The translations under genes were made by a program, and so were the position numbers. Positions 37,679 to 46,900 of a stretch of DNA of 64,000 nucleotides are shown one piece after another. The DNA lies in IMG/VR virus record IMGVR_UViG_3300027770_000027, positions 62,001 to 126,000 of that record, one strand, 5' to 3'. Under the pieces are notes generated by a model that did no database searches, was not told the origin of the DNA, and saw only the letters and a program-made list of their open reading frames with translations. How positions within the stretch are numbered: position 1 is the stretch's first letter; every line of letters begins with the position of its first letter.

Positions 37679-37711
37679 AACTTTTACAATTTTTGACCTA
37701 AATAATATTAT

Positions 37712-37981
37712 ATGAAATTTAATGAACTAGTCAATTTTTTATTAGAAAAATACAGTAAACCATGTACTAAAGTAACCGGGCAACAATCTTCTACTCGAGA
37801 TGATAAAAAATATATGAGATGTGCTAAAGTAGATGGTAAACTTAAAAGAGTTCATTATGGAGACCCTAATATGAGAATTAAGAAGTCTAACCCTAAAAAC
37901 CGCAAAAGTTATAGGGCTAGACATCATTGTAGCTCAGCCAAACCAGGAACTCCCGAATATTTTAGCTGCAAGAACTGGTAA
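37712..37981 (+). CDS. small basic late protein (DUF5754/DUF6321-like) with MKFNELVNFLLE leader
   Basis: V.YGD..M....RKSYRARH.C...SC..W; TAAATA upstream. Confidence 0.8.
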   Translation: MKFNELVNFLLEKYSKPCTKVTGQQSSTRDDKKYMRCAKVDGKLKRVHYGDPNMRIKKSNPKNRKSYRARHHCSSAKPGTPEYFSCKNW

Positions 37982-39074
37982 AGGCTTTCCAATACTTGTG
38001 GGGAGAGATTTCTTTGCCATCTAGTATAGCAAATGCTATGCCACTACAATCGGAAAGATATTGCAAGATCTTTTGAGCCTTTCCCTTTCGATCTAAAGTA
38101 ACAAAATCTGGTTTGGTGAAATATATTTTAATTCTGTTAATTTCAATATTAATTTTATTCATCTTCAAATATAACTCATCCATTAAAGATTCCAGAGTTA
38201 CAACTAACTCCCAATCAAAATTAGCAGCTAACAATGCTTCAAAGTTCTCTCTTTGAGGTTGTCCATACTCTACAAATAAATCAAATAAATGATCTACGGT
38301 CTTTACACCTGTAAAGATTCGATGTAGCTGAAGATAACGAAGAGTCTTAATCTTCTTCAAGATTTGGCCACCACCATATCCAGGAGCATCATCATAAATA
38401 ACCACTCCTTCAATGTCAGCCAGTGGCTCAATGCGCTTTTTAATATCTTCAATACTACCCCCTAAACTAATACCGTAAGACTTGGGTCGTTCAACACCCA
38501 TTTCTTTTGCATAGGTGTCAAGGTTGTGTTGGTTAACATATGAATAATCTGGGTGATAAACCATTCCAATCAACCACAAGGTGGGTTCGGTAGATTCATT
38601 CAATACAATTCTATTAGTTGGTGTAGTCCACTCAAACAGTAAAGTATATAAACCACAATCCAACCATTCCAACCATTCATTATCAAAAACTTTGGGATAC
38701 TTCTTCTTGAGAAATTCAATTTCATGACCATTTTCAAGCTGAGAGGCATCAACTGTGCCTCGGGTGCGAATAATAAGTTCACCCCTGTATCTGCTAACAA
38801 TTAAACAAGACCCATCAATTTTCTGAATTGCTCTAACACCATCTTCTGGATTTAGAGGTTCAAATTCTGGCTTCTCACCATAGTTCATGAACTTCCGGAA
38901 ACCTAGAGACACTGGCATCATATCAGACTTGCGCCATATAGAAGAACGGAAGAACTTATTTTCTTCGGTCCATTCTACACCCATGTTCTTGGGGGTAACC
39001 AGAACACATTCATCCCCTGCAATGACACAATCCTTGAGGTGAAATTGGTCTGAATTGGGAAGTTCTATTTTCAT
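37962..39074 (-). CDS. RNA ligase, T4 Rnl1-like
   Basis: KF.NYGE, KIDGS (motif I), LFEW, EGVVI, KIK. Confidence 0.85.
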   Translation of the reverse strand: MKIELPNSDQFHLKDCVIAGDECVLVTPKNMGVEWTEENKFFRSSIWRKSDMMPVSLGFRKFMNYGEKPEFEPLNPEDGVRAIQKIDGSCLIVSRYRGELIIRTRGTVDASQLENGHEIEFLKKKYPKVFDNEWLEWLDCGLYTLLFEWTTPTNRIVLNESTEPTLWLIGMVYHPDYSYVNQHNLDTYAKEMGVERPKSYGISLGGSIEDIKKRIEPLADIEGVVIYDDAPGYGGGQILKKIKTLRYLQLHRIFTGVKTVDHLFDLFVEYGQPQRENFEALLAANFDWELVVTLESLMDELYLKMNKINIEINRIKIYFTKPDFVTLDRKGKAQKILQYLSDCSGIAFAILDGKEISPHKYWKAFTSSCS

Positions 39075-39775
39075 ATACTATGAGGATATAGCAAATGATT
39101 GACAAAGTCCAGCAGCAAATCGTGAAGAAGGGGATTTTTCCACCCTTCATGAACCTGAGACTGGGAATAGAACCACCAGCGCATAGCTTCTGGATGAGGA
39201 CCAATTACTCCAATAGAACCCTTCCATAGGTGTTGGATCAGAGCCGCTGCATCGCCGTTCTCATAGAAGGCGTGTATGGTAGCATAACACGCTTTCTCTC
39301 TGCCCTCTGAGACAACAAAAGAAGCTCCGTCATGAAAATAGGTTAAAAGAGGTCCTTCATTCCTCCAAGTCAAAGGAACAATGGCGGCTCCACTTCTCCG
39401 AGTAGATGCCCCTGGTCTTTTAATATGTTGCACTGCTTCTATATCTCCAAGGAGATCAAAGTAGTGTTTACTAGCAAAGTAAGCTCCTTGACAAATACCT
39501 AAATAACAACCACCCTCTGCAATATAATCATAAACCATTTGTTTGTAGTTTATAAGATTTTCATCAAATTGATCTGCATCTCCTAAGCCTCCCGGAAAGA
39601 CTATGCAAGCTGCTTTAGAAATATTTTCTTTATTAAATTCTAGATAAGGATAGGAACTAGGACCTATCATCATAATGTCATACAAACCTGAACCACTCAA
39701 AACCTCACAAGTGGCATCAGCACAATCAATGCTGCACATTGGATGGTCTGTATAAACCAATATCAACGGTTTCAT
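39071..39775 (-). CDS. stand-alone BPL-N / class I glutamine-amidotransferase-like protein
   Basis: FPGG, YLGICQGAY, GPHPE. Confidence 0.8.
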   Translation of the reverse strand: MKPLILVYTDHPMCSIDCADATCEVLSGSGLYDIMMIGPSSYPYLEFNKENISKAACIVFPGGLGDADQFDENLINYKQMVYDYIAEGGCYLGICQGAYFASKHYFDLLGDIEAVQHIKRPGASTRRSGAAIVPLTWRNEGPLLTYFHDGASFVVSEGREKACYATIHAFYENGDAAALIQHLWKGSIGVIGPHPEAMRWWFYSQSQVHEGWKNPLLHDLLLDFVNHLLYPHSI

Positions 39776-39806
39776 ACTACCATATTAGTATAGAAAGAAG
39801 AGAAAA

Positions 39807-40178
39807 TCACTTCTGTTTGTGATTTTTGTTTGTAGGGGTAATTCTAGACCTTGATTTTTGTTTGGGGTTTGATCTTTTTAAAGCAGCCGCTTTTTTAATT
39901 TCTTGAAATTGTTCCCATTGCCACCAGGATAACCAAAAAAACGTCAAAGACATACCCACATTCAATAAAATCTCTGTGATATTGGGAGTTGATATTGTTA
40001 ATACATTTGTAATGGCTCCACATGTAGTGACAGTTAAACCAAATTTAGCTAGATAGGCTTTAATTTTATTATCCCATATTTTATTATCCGGATCACCAAA
40101 AATATGAATAAGAAGTGCTAGAGAGGAAAATGCTATAGTACAATTGGAGATAATATTGATAATTGAGTATATAGACAT
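39807..40178 (-). CDS. three-TM membrane protein (holin-like)
   Basis: TM segments with a basic tail. Confidence 0.6.
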   Translation of the reverse strand: MSIYSIINIISNCTIAFSSLALLIHIFGDPDNKIWDNKIKAYLAKFGLTVTTCGAITNVLTISTPNITEILLNVGMSLTFFWLSWWQWEQFQEIKKAAALKRSNPKQKSRSRITPTNKNHKQK

Positions 40179-40183
40179 ATAAT

Positions 40184-40534
40184 TTATTTATGTCGACGGA
40201 CTCTTCTTGTCGGTTTTGTTACTGGTTTTGTTTCAGGTTCAAGAATATGGTCCGGTAATATTTTGCTGCTGAAATATTCTATACCTTTGAGCCCCAAAAA
40301 TCCTAATAAAAAAGCTATTCCATAATGATAATGGCTCTCATCTAACTTAGTTAAATTAATAACAATTGGTGTTATATAGTTAGCACTAGCTGCGCCTCCA
40401 ACTAAACAAGAAATGGTTCTAGTCAGATTCATGGCGGAACCTTTAGAGGTTAAAAGAATTGCTCCGAACAGACCACTGATCAACAATCCAATGTCTATAC
40501 CATATTCCTTCAAATTAACTTGTGGAGCCTCCAT
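40184..40534 (-). CDS. putative holin
   Basis: Three TM segments, AFLLGFLG, basic C-terminus; TAAGTA upstream. Confidence 0.6.
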   Translation of the reverse strand: MEAPQVNLKEYGIDIGLLISGLFGAILLTSKGSAMNLTRTISCLVGGAASANYITPIVINLTKLDESHYHYGIAFLLGFLGLKGIEYFSSKILPDHILEPETKPVTKPTRRVRRHK

Positions 40535-40568
40535 GAAGATACTTACACCACAAGCTGGGTCTTTGTCT

Positions 40569-41042
40569 TTAAAGACCTCTGTGTATACAATAGTAGATAT
40601 TAGACCAATCCGGAGGCATGGATAGATCCCACCGTTGAATCATCTTATCTATAACGTGTTGAGGCACATTGTGGATATTTTTACGAAAACCTTCAACAAC
40701 TGGAATTTCACTCATTTCATGAATTTCAATTTTAGCCCCTAATTCTCTGGCCATTTTAACATAGGGCTCCATTTCTTTGATGGTGCTGAAAGTGTTAGAC
40801 ACATACACCTTACCACCATTTGTTAAGGCTTCTCGAGTTCTAAATAGACACATTTCATGTGCTTCTTTTAAACGAGAGGCATCAAAGCGATATTCAAATT
40901 GACGAGACAAACTATTATGAACTTCAAAATACATATCTGCCTCAAAATGATAGCTGTATTCTACATTATCTGTCTGTCGCTGGTTGTTTACGAAAGTAGT
41001 CTTTCCGGAACCGGGAATACCACGAACAAGAATTAATTTCAT
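40569..41042 (-). CDS. AAA_33 P-loop kinase (polynucleotide-kinase-like)
   Basis: RGIPGSGKTT, EADMYF, VSNTF, HNVP. Confidence 0.85.
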   Translation of the reverse strand: MKLILVRGIPGSGKTTFVNNQRQTDNVEYSYHFEADMYFEVHNSLSRQFEYRFDASRLKEAHEMCLFRTREALTNGGKVYVSNTFSTIKEMEPYVKMARELGAKIEIHEMSEIPVVEGFRKNIHNVPQHVIDKMIQRWDLSMPPDWSNIYYCIHRGL

Positions 41043-41197
41043 AATATTATTTTATATCAGTCCTCAAAGAAAGACCCGACAATTCTGAAATTGTGTGTAA
41101 AAGATTTCCCAGACCACAATCACAAGAGTCTGTGGTTACACTATCACTAGTACATTCCTTATCATGTTCTACATAAGACAATAATACTAGAAGTAAA

Positions 41198-42466
41198 CTA
41201 TTGATTGAATCCGAAACCAACTTTTCGTTTGGGTTTGTGCCCTTCTTCATTGTTTGAGTATTGTTTTTCATGATTAAAAATATCAGCTAATGTCATATCA
41301 TCTTCTACAAGGATATCATGCCCTAAATTATTCATAAGAATTTGAGATTTTTCTTTACTAAGTTTGTGAAATCTATATTCAGACTTTAATCTTCCCTTTC
41401 GCAACAAGGCGGGATCAATCAAATTACGATCACAATTATAGGTTGCTATAATGGCTGATTTTGTCAAATCCGCATATAAACCATCTGTAAGATTTAATAC
41501 ACTAGACACTAAGGTTGAATTAGAAAATCCATCACCTTCCTCTCTTTTCATCAAAGCCTTTTCAGCATCTTCCAAAACTAATACACATCCCTTATGGTCT
41601 CTGGTAAGAATATCTGTAAATTCTGGTGAAGACAAAGAATGGATCATCTGAGGAGGTATAAAAATAAATTCTCTATCCACAACAGACAACAAATGTCGAA
41701 TAGCAGATGACTTACCTGTACCAGGTTCTCCGTGCATTAAGTAAAGCCCTGCCTGTTCATCTGATAATTGATCTTGGAGATTATTTAAATATCCCTCAAA
41801 ATCATCGTTATAATAACCACTGTCATAAACATTAGAATTGTCTAATTCCATTTTTCCAACATATGGTCCATATTTGTTTTGTTTAATGATACCAATGCTG
41901 GCTTTCTCTGGTTTGTCTGCCAATTTGTATTTTAAAATTTCTTCTATAATTGGAGGGGTGTCAATATTAGACCAAGTCCAAATACTACCAAGTACTGGAG
42001 TATCGCTAAATGATCCCGCACCTCCTGGAATATAATGACCAACTGCATGATGACAAACATGCACTACATGTTTCTTATATAAGAAATAATAATTGATCTG
42101 TGTGTCTTCTGTGTCAGTACTTCCCCATTCTGTACATTTACGAACCATTAAAGTTCCATTTACAAATAGGTCCTGAATAAATCGCTCATCATAATATCCG
42201 GGATATCCTACTTCACTTGGAATAGTTTTTGCATACTTACTCCATATATCAAATCCAAGATCTATATAACCATCCGTACGATGGTCCAATTCTGTATCTG
42301 TCAATATAAGTTTATCTGTATAAATTAAAGCCTTAGAAACGGCTTCAATACCTCGGACAGTTCTACCAACTTTTTCAAACTTTCTCTTTTTTGAGACAGT
42401 TTTTCTACCAGTTGAAAATTCAATGGTATCAGATCGATCAAAAAGTCTGTCTAAAATATCACTCAT
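41198..42466 (-). CDS. AAA+ ATPase
   Basis: GEPGTGKS, LEDAE, LN.TDG, DPALLRKGR. Confidence 0.9.
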   Translation of the reverse strand: MSDILDRLFDRSDTIEFSTGRKTVSKKRKFEKVGRTVRGIEAVSKALIYTDKLILTDTELDHRTDGYIDLGFDIWSKYAKTIPSEVGYPGYYDERFIQDLFVNGTLMVRKCTEWGSTDTEDTQINYYFLYKKHVVHVCHHAVGHYIPGGAGSFSDTPVLGSIWTWSNIDTPPIIEEILKYKLADKPEKASIGIIKQNKYGPYVGKMELDNSNVYDSGYYNDDFEGYLNNLQDQLSDEQAGLYLMHGEPGTGKSSAIRHLLSVVDREFIFIPPQMIHSLSSPEFTDILTRDHKGCVLVLEDAEKALMKREEGDGFSNSTLVSSVLNLTDGLYADLTKSAIIATYNCDRNLIDPALLRKGRLKSEYRFHKLSKEKSQILMNNLGHDILVEDDMTLADIFNHEKQYSNNEEGHKPKRKVGFGFNQ

Positions 42467-42509
42467 ATTGGAAAAATTATTATAATTCTTTTTTAATTAT
42501 TAATCAACG

Positions 42510-43547
42510 TTAGTCTTTGTAATTTTGATTAATAATTTTTACACTTAACATCTTATTGAGAGTTTCGCTGTATCTCAAATCTCCATTTAAATTATAACCT
42601 CGAATAACAATACCTTCTGCGGGTTTACCATTTTTAACATAAGTCATTTCATTGGCCAGAGTTTGTAATTTTTCTAACGTCAAATTTGGGATTTCGCTTG
42701 CTGTAAAAGATTCTACAAATGGTACAGAAAGACACATATGTGAAAAATCTGATTTCATTACATCTTGAGCTTCTTTATATACTCCAGTTGACAAGTCTTT
42801 TACATTAAAATGAAAGAAAGAAAGCTGCTGAAGGCCAGCTGGATTTCCTTGAATACCTGGTCCACAAATTTCTCCCTGCACTGCGGTGCCTAGTGGTAGA
42901 TAACTTTCAATTTGATATTTCTTAGCCATTTGCCAGTAAACACTGTCTGGTGTCTCCCTTAGCTCTAAGTTACGAGAACATACTTTAAAGTTTCCTTCGT
43001 GATCTTTGATGTAAGTAACAGAAGTCCCATCCATCTTGAGGGTAACACGGACAAACGCAGATGCTTTTAATTCTTCCAATACTTTAATATTAGACAAAAG
43101 GTTGTCTTCATCTGTTCTGCTTATGAATTGAGTAGGAAAATTACCAGCTACTTCCCCTCGTAAATTAGCTGGGATGGGTTTTTCGTATTTGGTAATACCT
43201 AACATCCCTGCAATAGAGGTGTCTTCTTCTGGATCATCTGAATGGTCCCAGATTTCTTGAGCACTAATTAGAGATCTAGGAAAAATAAGTCCTTGAGAAA
43301 CCGTACCTCGAAGCTTAACGGTTTTTACTCGAATAGGTTTGGTAGGATCATTCTTATCCCACAGAAATTCATTCCATACTCTCGGCTGGAGTACGGTATC
43401 AATAGGTACAAAAATTACTCCATCTCCTACCTTATATTCTCCCTTTTTGATAACGCTCTGCCACCCCTGCACTCGAGCAATCTCAATACGGTCTGCTCCT
43501 TCGATAGGAAGGATTTCTGTGATGGTTTCATATGACGCAAGTTCCAT
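42510..43547 (-). CDS. RNA ligase, DRB0094 family with N-terminal OB domain
   Basis: PIEGADRIE, SQGL, KMDGTS, QGE..GPGIQGN, EGIVI, K.IN. Confidence 0.9.
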   Translation of the reverse strand: MELASYETITEILPIEGADRIEIARVQGWQSVIKKGEYKVGDGVIFVPIDTVLQPRVWNEFLWDKNDPTKPIRVKTVKLRGTVSQGLIFPRSLISAQEIWDHSDDPEEDTSIAGMLGITKYEKPIPANLRGEVAGNFPTQFISRTDEDNLLSNIKVLEELKASAFVRVTLKMDGTSVTYIKDHEGNFKVCSRNLELRETPDSVYWQMAKKYQIESYLPLGTAVQGEICGPGIQGNPAGLQQLSFFHFNVKDLSTGVYKEAQDVMKSDFSHMCLSVPFVESFTASEIPNLTLEKLQTLANEMTYVKNGKPAEGIVIRGYNLNGDLRYSETLNKMLSVKIINQNYKD

Positions 43548-43585
43548 GTTACAAGATTAATATGGATACCGGGGAAGGGCAACAA

Positions 43586-43617
43586 AAAACCCTCTTGGAT
43601 TTTGCCAAGAGGGTTTT
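43586..43617. terminator. intrinsic terminator
   Basis: AAAACCCTCTTGG-N6-CCAAGAGGGTTTT. Confidence 0.85.
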
Positions 43618-43642
43618 GTTTTTTGTGCTTCTATAGGAATTG

Positions 43643-44035
43643 TTACATTGGAGGAAACTCTTCGCCGTCAGTTTCTCCTTCACCGGTTTCACTATCTACG
43701 GGAAATTCTTCACCACCAGCTTCTCCTTCTCCTTGATCTTGAGGTAATCTTTCTTGTAAACTACCAACAGCTGCCTGCACTGCTGATACAGCTGCAATCA
43801 ATCCTTGAAATTCTTCACTCATATCACCTTGTTCAAAGGTACCTATTAGAGGTTGGATGGTTTCTAGATGTGCTGCAGTTGCGTTTAAATCTTCTGTGAT
43901 GGCTTTGATTAGAGTTTTTTCAACTGCTAACGCCTTGGCGTCTTCTCCTGCTACTTGGCTTTCTGGACCAGCGGCGCGGGACTCTAGGACCATTCTATAG
44001 GATTTTTCTAATTGGATTGAATCTTTGTCTCTCAT
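43643..44035 (-). CDS. putative internal virion protein (MRDKDSIQLEKSYRMVLES leader)
   Basis: ATAAATA upstream; acidic tail. Confidence 0.8.
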   Translation of the reverse strand: MRDKDSIQLEKSYRMVLESRAAGPESQVAGEDAKALAVEKTLIKAITEDLNATAAHLETIQPLIGTFEQGDMSEEFQGLIAAVSAVQAAVGSLQERLPQDQGEGEAGGEEFPVDSETGEGETDGEEFPPM

Positions 44036-44233
44036 ATATTGTTTATATTTATTCTAACAGATACCCGAAGCATAAGCCATATAAAAAAACACAATTGTGT
44101 AAGTTGAAAGCCTATAAAGGAATAAAACAACCAATTCGGAATATCTGAATTGGATTTGTTGCCCATGTTAATATTTAGGCAACATCGTAAGAATTTTCGT
44201 GAGGTTCCCTAAAAAAATTTTTAGTATGTATAT

Positions 44234-44581
44234 ATGAAAATAACAAAAGAATGGATTCGCAAATGGGGTCTAATAAGTGTTATAGCGGCTGGCAATTATT
44301 TTGCAGGGTCCTTGACCTACCACTTGGCTTACAAACGAGGATATGAGGAAGGATATCAACAAGCTCAACAAGAGTGGCGTCTGGCTTTAATAGACGCAGA
44401 TTTTGCAGAGTATGACAGGAGAACTGGTAATTGGAAATTTCGAAGTATGGAAGAAGTTCTGATGGTGGGTACCATCATGGGTCAAATGCCGATATCCGGC
44501 ATATTTCCAGAACCGCCGGTGGATAAAGAAGATGTCAAATTTGCTCTGAGAAAAGCTTCTTTAAAATCTAAAATTAGATAG
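44234..44581 (+). CDS. membrane-anchored hypothetical protein
   Basis: Plus-strand TTCCCT-N11-TAGTAT-N6-ATG promoter. Confidence 0.8.
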   Translation: MKITKEWIRKWGLISVIAAGNYFAGSLTYHLAYKRGYEEGYQQAQQEWRLALIDADFAEYDRRTGNWKFRSMEEVLMVGTIMGQMPISGIFPEPPVDKEDVKFALRKASLKSKIR

Positions 44582-44897
44582 TTTCTTTTAATTTATTGAG
44601 AATTTGTTCGTGATATTCTTCTGGAAAATTCTTAAGTAAGTCCTCTATAATATTAGCTGTCACTCTAGCAGTTAAGGTATCTATTGCTTTGTCTGACTCT
44701 TCCTTAAGAGGAGGACATCCTAAACTGGCGTTTGAACCCTTCATTACAGCATTTAACAATTGGTTTTTTTGAAATTCTTGATTAATTTCCTCTGGAGGGG
44801 ATGTACATTTAGAAGATGTTTTAACTGTTGAGGAGTTATTTAAATTGTCTGACAGGGCTATAGTGTGGCGAAATTCTTCGGGAATATAATCTTCCAT
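44574..44897 (-). CDS. hypothetical protein (start MEDYIP)
   Basis: ORF track, start revised. Confidence 0.6.
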   Translation of the reverse strand: MEDYIPEEFRHTIALSDNLNNSSTVKTSSKCTSPPEEINQEFQKNQLLNAVMKGSNASLGCPPLKEESDKAIDTLTARVTANIIEDLLKNFPEEYHEQILNKLKETI

Positions 44898-44952
44898 AAA
44901 ATAATTTAGCAAAAAAGTCTTGTAATCAAGGTAAATTAAATTATAATAAATT

Positions 44953-45144
44953 ATGATTCTTGTATTATATGTAATTGCAGCAAATCTTTTGGCTATAACT
45001 TGCATAGCAGCTGCTACATATTTACAAGCCACTGGGCGTGAAGGATTTTGGGCTATGATTATTTTAGCCTGGTTGTCGGCAAGACTACCATATGGTCAAA
45101 CTACTTTTAACAATCAACCCAACAAAGATGAAAAATCAAATTGA
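44953..45144 (+). CDS. small membrane protein
   Basis: Two TM segments. Confidence 0.65.
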   Translation: MILVLYVIAANLLAITCIAAATYLQATGREGFWAMIILAWLSARLPYGQTTFNNQPNKDEKSN

Positions 45145-45361
45145 AATGAACAGTGGTGGTAATTTTTGTACCATATTACAAACTGCATTAATAATATTAA
45201 AATTAACTGGATCTATTACCTGGTCTTGGTGGTGGGTTCTAAGTCCAATGTGGGCTCCTATAGTTTTTATATTATTGTTATGTGGTTTGTTTTTAGCGGC
45301 ATTAATTGTAGCTGCGTGTTGTATTTTATTAACTAGTTCAGATAAAGATGAAGAATATTAA
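45128..45361 (+). CDS. membrane protein (LKLTG.I.WSWWWVLSP.W family)
   Basis: Motif common in phages. Confidence 0.8.
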   Translation: MKNQIEMNSGGNFCTILQTALIILKLTGSITWSWWWVLSPMWAPIVFILLLCGLFLAALIVAACCILLTSSDKDEEY

Positions 45362-45792
45362 GCTCCTGGTTTATCATATTTTGTAGATAATACAAACACA
45401 AATCCTTTTCGTTCCATATCAAACTCTAAGACATATGTCTTAGAGTTTTTTCTTTCTAAAATAGCTCCAGCAAAATTACCTCCTTTGGCCAATACAAACC
45501 CAAAAGTAGTATCATCAACGTTATTAATTTTTCCGTATACTTTATAATGAGTATCTGCTTCTTCAATTTCTGTAATCATTCCATTATAACAAAATCCGTC
45601 TGTTCTATAAATTTTTATTAATTTGCCAATAGGAACTTTAATAACTTGTCCGGGAACTACTATTCCATTTTTATCGGTAAGATAGGTTTCTTCTTCTAAT
45701 TGAAGTTTAAATCCCGGAATGGTTTGTTTGTCTGTAGATAAACCAGCAAACAATAATTGAGGAATTAATAGCATTGATAATATATATTTCAT
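45358..45792 (-). CDS. exported protein
   Basis: Signal peptide ending LFA. Confidence 0.7.
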   Translation of the reverse strand: MKYILSMLLIPQLLFAGLSTDKQTIPGFKLQLEEETYLTDKNGIVVPGQVIKVPIGKLIKIYRTDGFCYNGMITEIEEADTHYKVYGKINNVDDTTFGFVLAKGGNFAGAILERKNSKTYVLEFDMERKGFVFVLSTKYDKPGA

Positions 45793-46007
45793 TTTTTCTT
45801 TCTCCTTTTTTTGGGATCTTCTAGTTGGGGTTTACAAACATATTCGTGTCCAAAATATGTTATACGAAAGGGTTCTTCGAAATTTTCAAAACCTTCAGCT
45901 ATTAAATAATTCTTAAGTCTGCTCACATGTTCTTGATATTCATCTGAAGTATAAAAATCATGATCAAATACTCCATTTGCATCTATAGGATCTACACGGA
46001 AATTCAT
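45789..46007 (-). CDS. hypothetical protein
   Basis: ATGA overlap. Confidence 0.7.
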   Translation of the reverse strand: MNFRVDPIDANGVFDHDFYTSDEYQEHVSRLKNYLIAEGFENFEEPFRITYFGHEYVCKPQLEDPKKRRKKK

Positions 46008-46026
46008 GTAAAATAATTAGTCTCTT

Positions 46027-46061
46027 AAAAAGAAAAAGCCCCATCTTTTGAAGAAGGGGCT
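46027..46061 (-). terminator. intrinsic terminator downstream of the Hsp20 gene
   Basis: AGCCCC...GGGGCT followed by a T-run. Confidence 0.7.
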
Positions 46062-46120
46062 AAATCTTGGATTCGGCTACGTGAATCCGAAAAGGGATCT
46101 CTGGGACTCTTGTGTGTTGT

Positions 46121-46624
46121 TTAGTCTATCTGAATGGTTATATCTGTTGACTTTGGTAAAGAGACTGGAATAGTTACTTTAAGAAGTCCGTTGATAAATT
46201 TACTATGGATATTTTGTGCTTCTACTTTATCTGAGAGGGAGAATTCTAGTGTAGCTTTGCGAGCACTAATTCCACTTCGTAGATAAGATATAAAATGATC
46301 TTTGGGTGGAATTTCTTCCTGAGGATCTATATTAATGGTCAATCTATCTTCTTTGACCTTAATTTTAATATCTTGTTTATCTAAACCAGCAAGTGCTATG
46401 TGTACCTCATACTCATATACTTCATTAGTGTCGCAGGTTTTGCGAGATATGATGTCATATGGATAATGAACATTTGGAACATCAAAGGCTTTGGTCAGAC
46501 TCTTGTCAAAGTCTGCAAAGAATGTATTAAACCAATTATCGTTAAACAATGCAGGTAATTGATTGAAACCATGCAAAGTGTCCGTTAGGACCCTATTTGG
46601 GGTGTGTATTATTTTAGTTGTCAT
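46121..46624 (-). CDS. hsp20: small heat-shock protein (Hsp20/alpha-crystallin)
   Basis: YPYDI...IALAG..K.DI...GIS.R...NGLL.V. Confidence 0.92.
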   Translation of the reverse strand: MTTKIIHTPNRVLTDTLHGFNQLPALFNDNWFNTFFADFDKSLTKAFDVPNVHYPYDIISRKTCDTNEVYEYEVHIALAGLDKQDIKIKVKEDRLTINIDPQEEIPPKDHFISYLRSGISARKATLEFSLSDKVEAQNIHSKFINGLLKVTIPVSLPKSTDITIQID

Positions 46625-46697
46625 ATTACTCCTTATTTCTAAGCAAGTTATGTTTTGATTCTAGTCCACAAGAGCCCCAGAATCAAAAATATTTACC

Positions 46698-46892
46698 CTA
46701 AGAAGCGATCAAATCAACAATTTCTGCTACACAATCGAGCATGGCTTGCTTGGCCTCTTTGACACACATAGATTCCCTCCAATACTTTTCACACATATCA
46801 TTGGGAATGTCTAGAGGTGTGAGTCCGTAGAGTTTCTTGCACTCTTTTAATACCATTTTTTCAAAATCCTCAAATTGAATATGGACACTCAT
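46698..46892 (-). CDS. hypothetical protein
   Basis: ORF track. Confidence 0.7.
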   Translation of the reverse strand: MSVHIQFEDFEKMVLKECKKLYGLTPLDIPNDMCEKYWRESMCVKEAKQAMLDCVAEIVDLIAS

Positions 46893-46900
46893 AATTAGTT

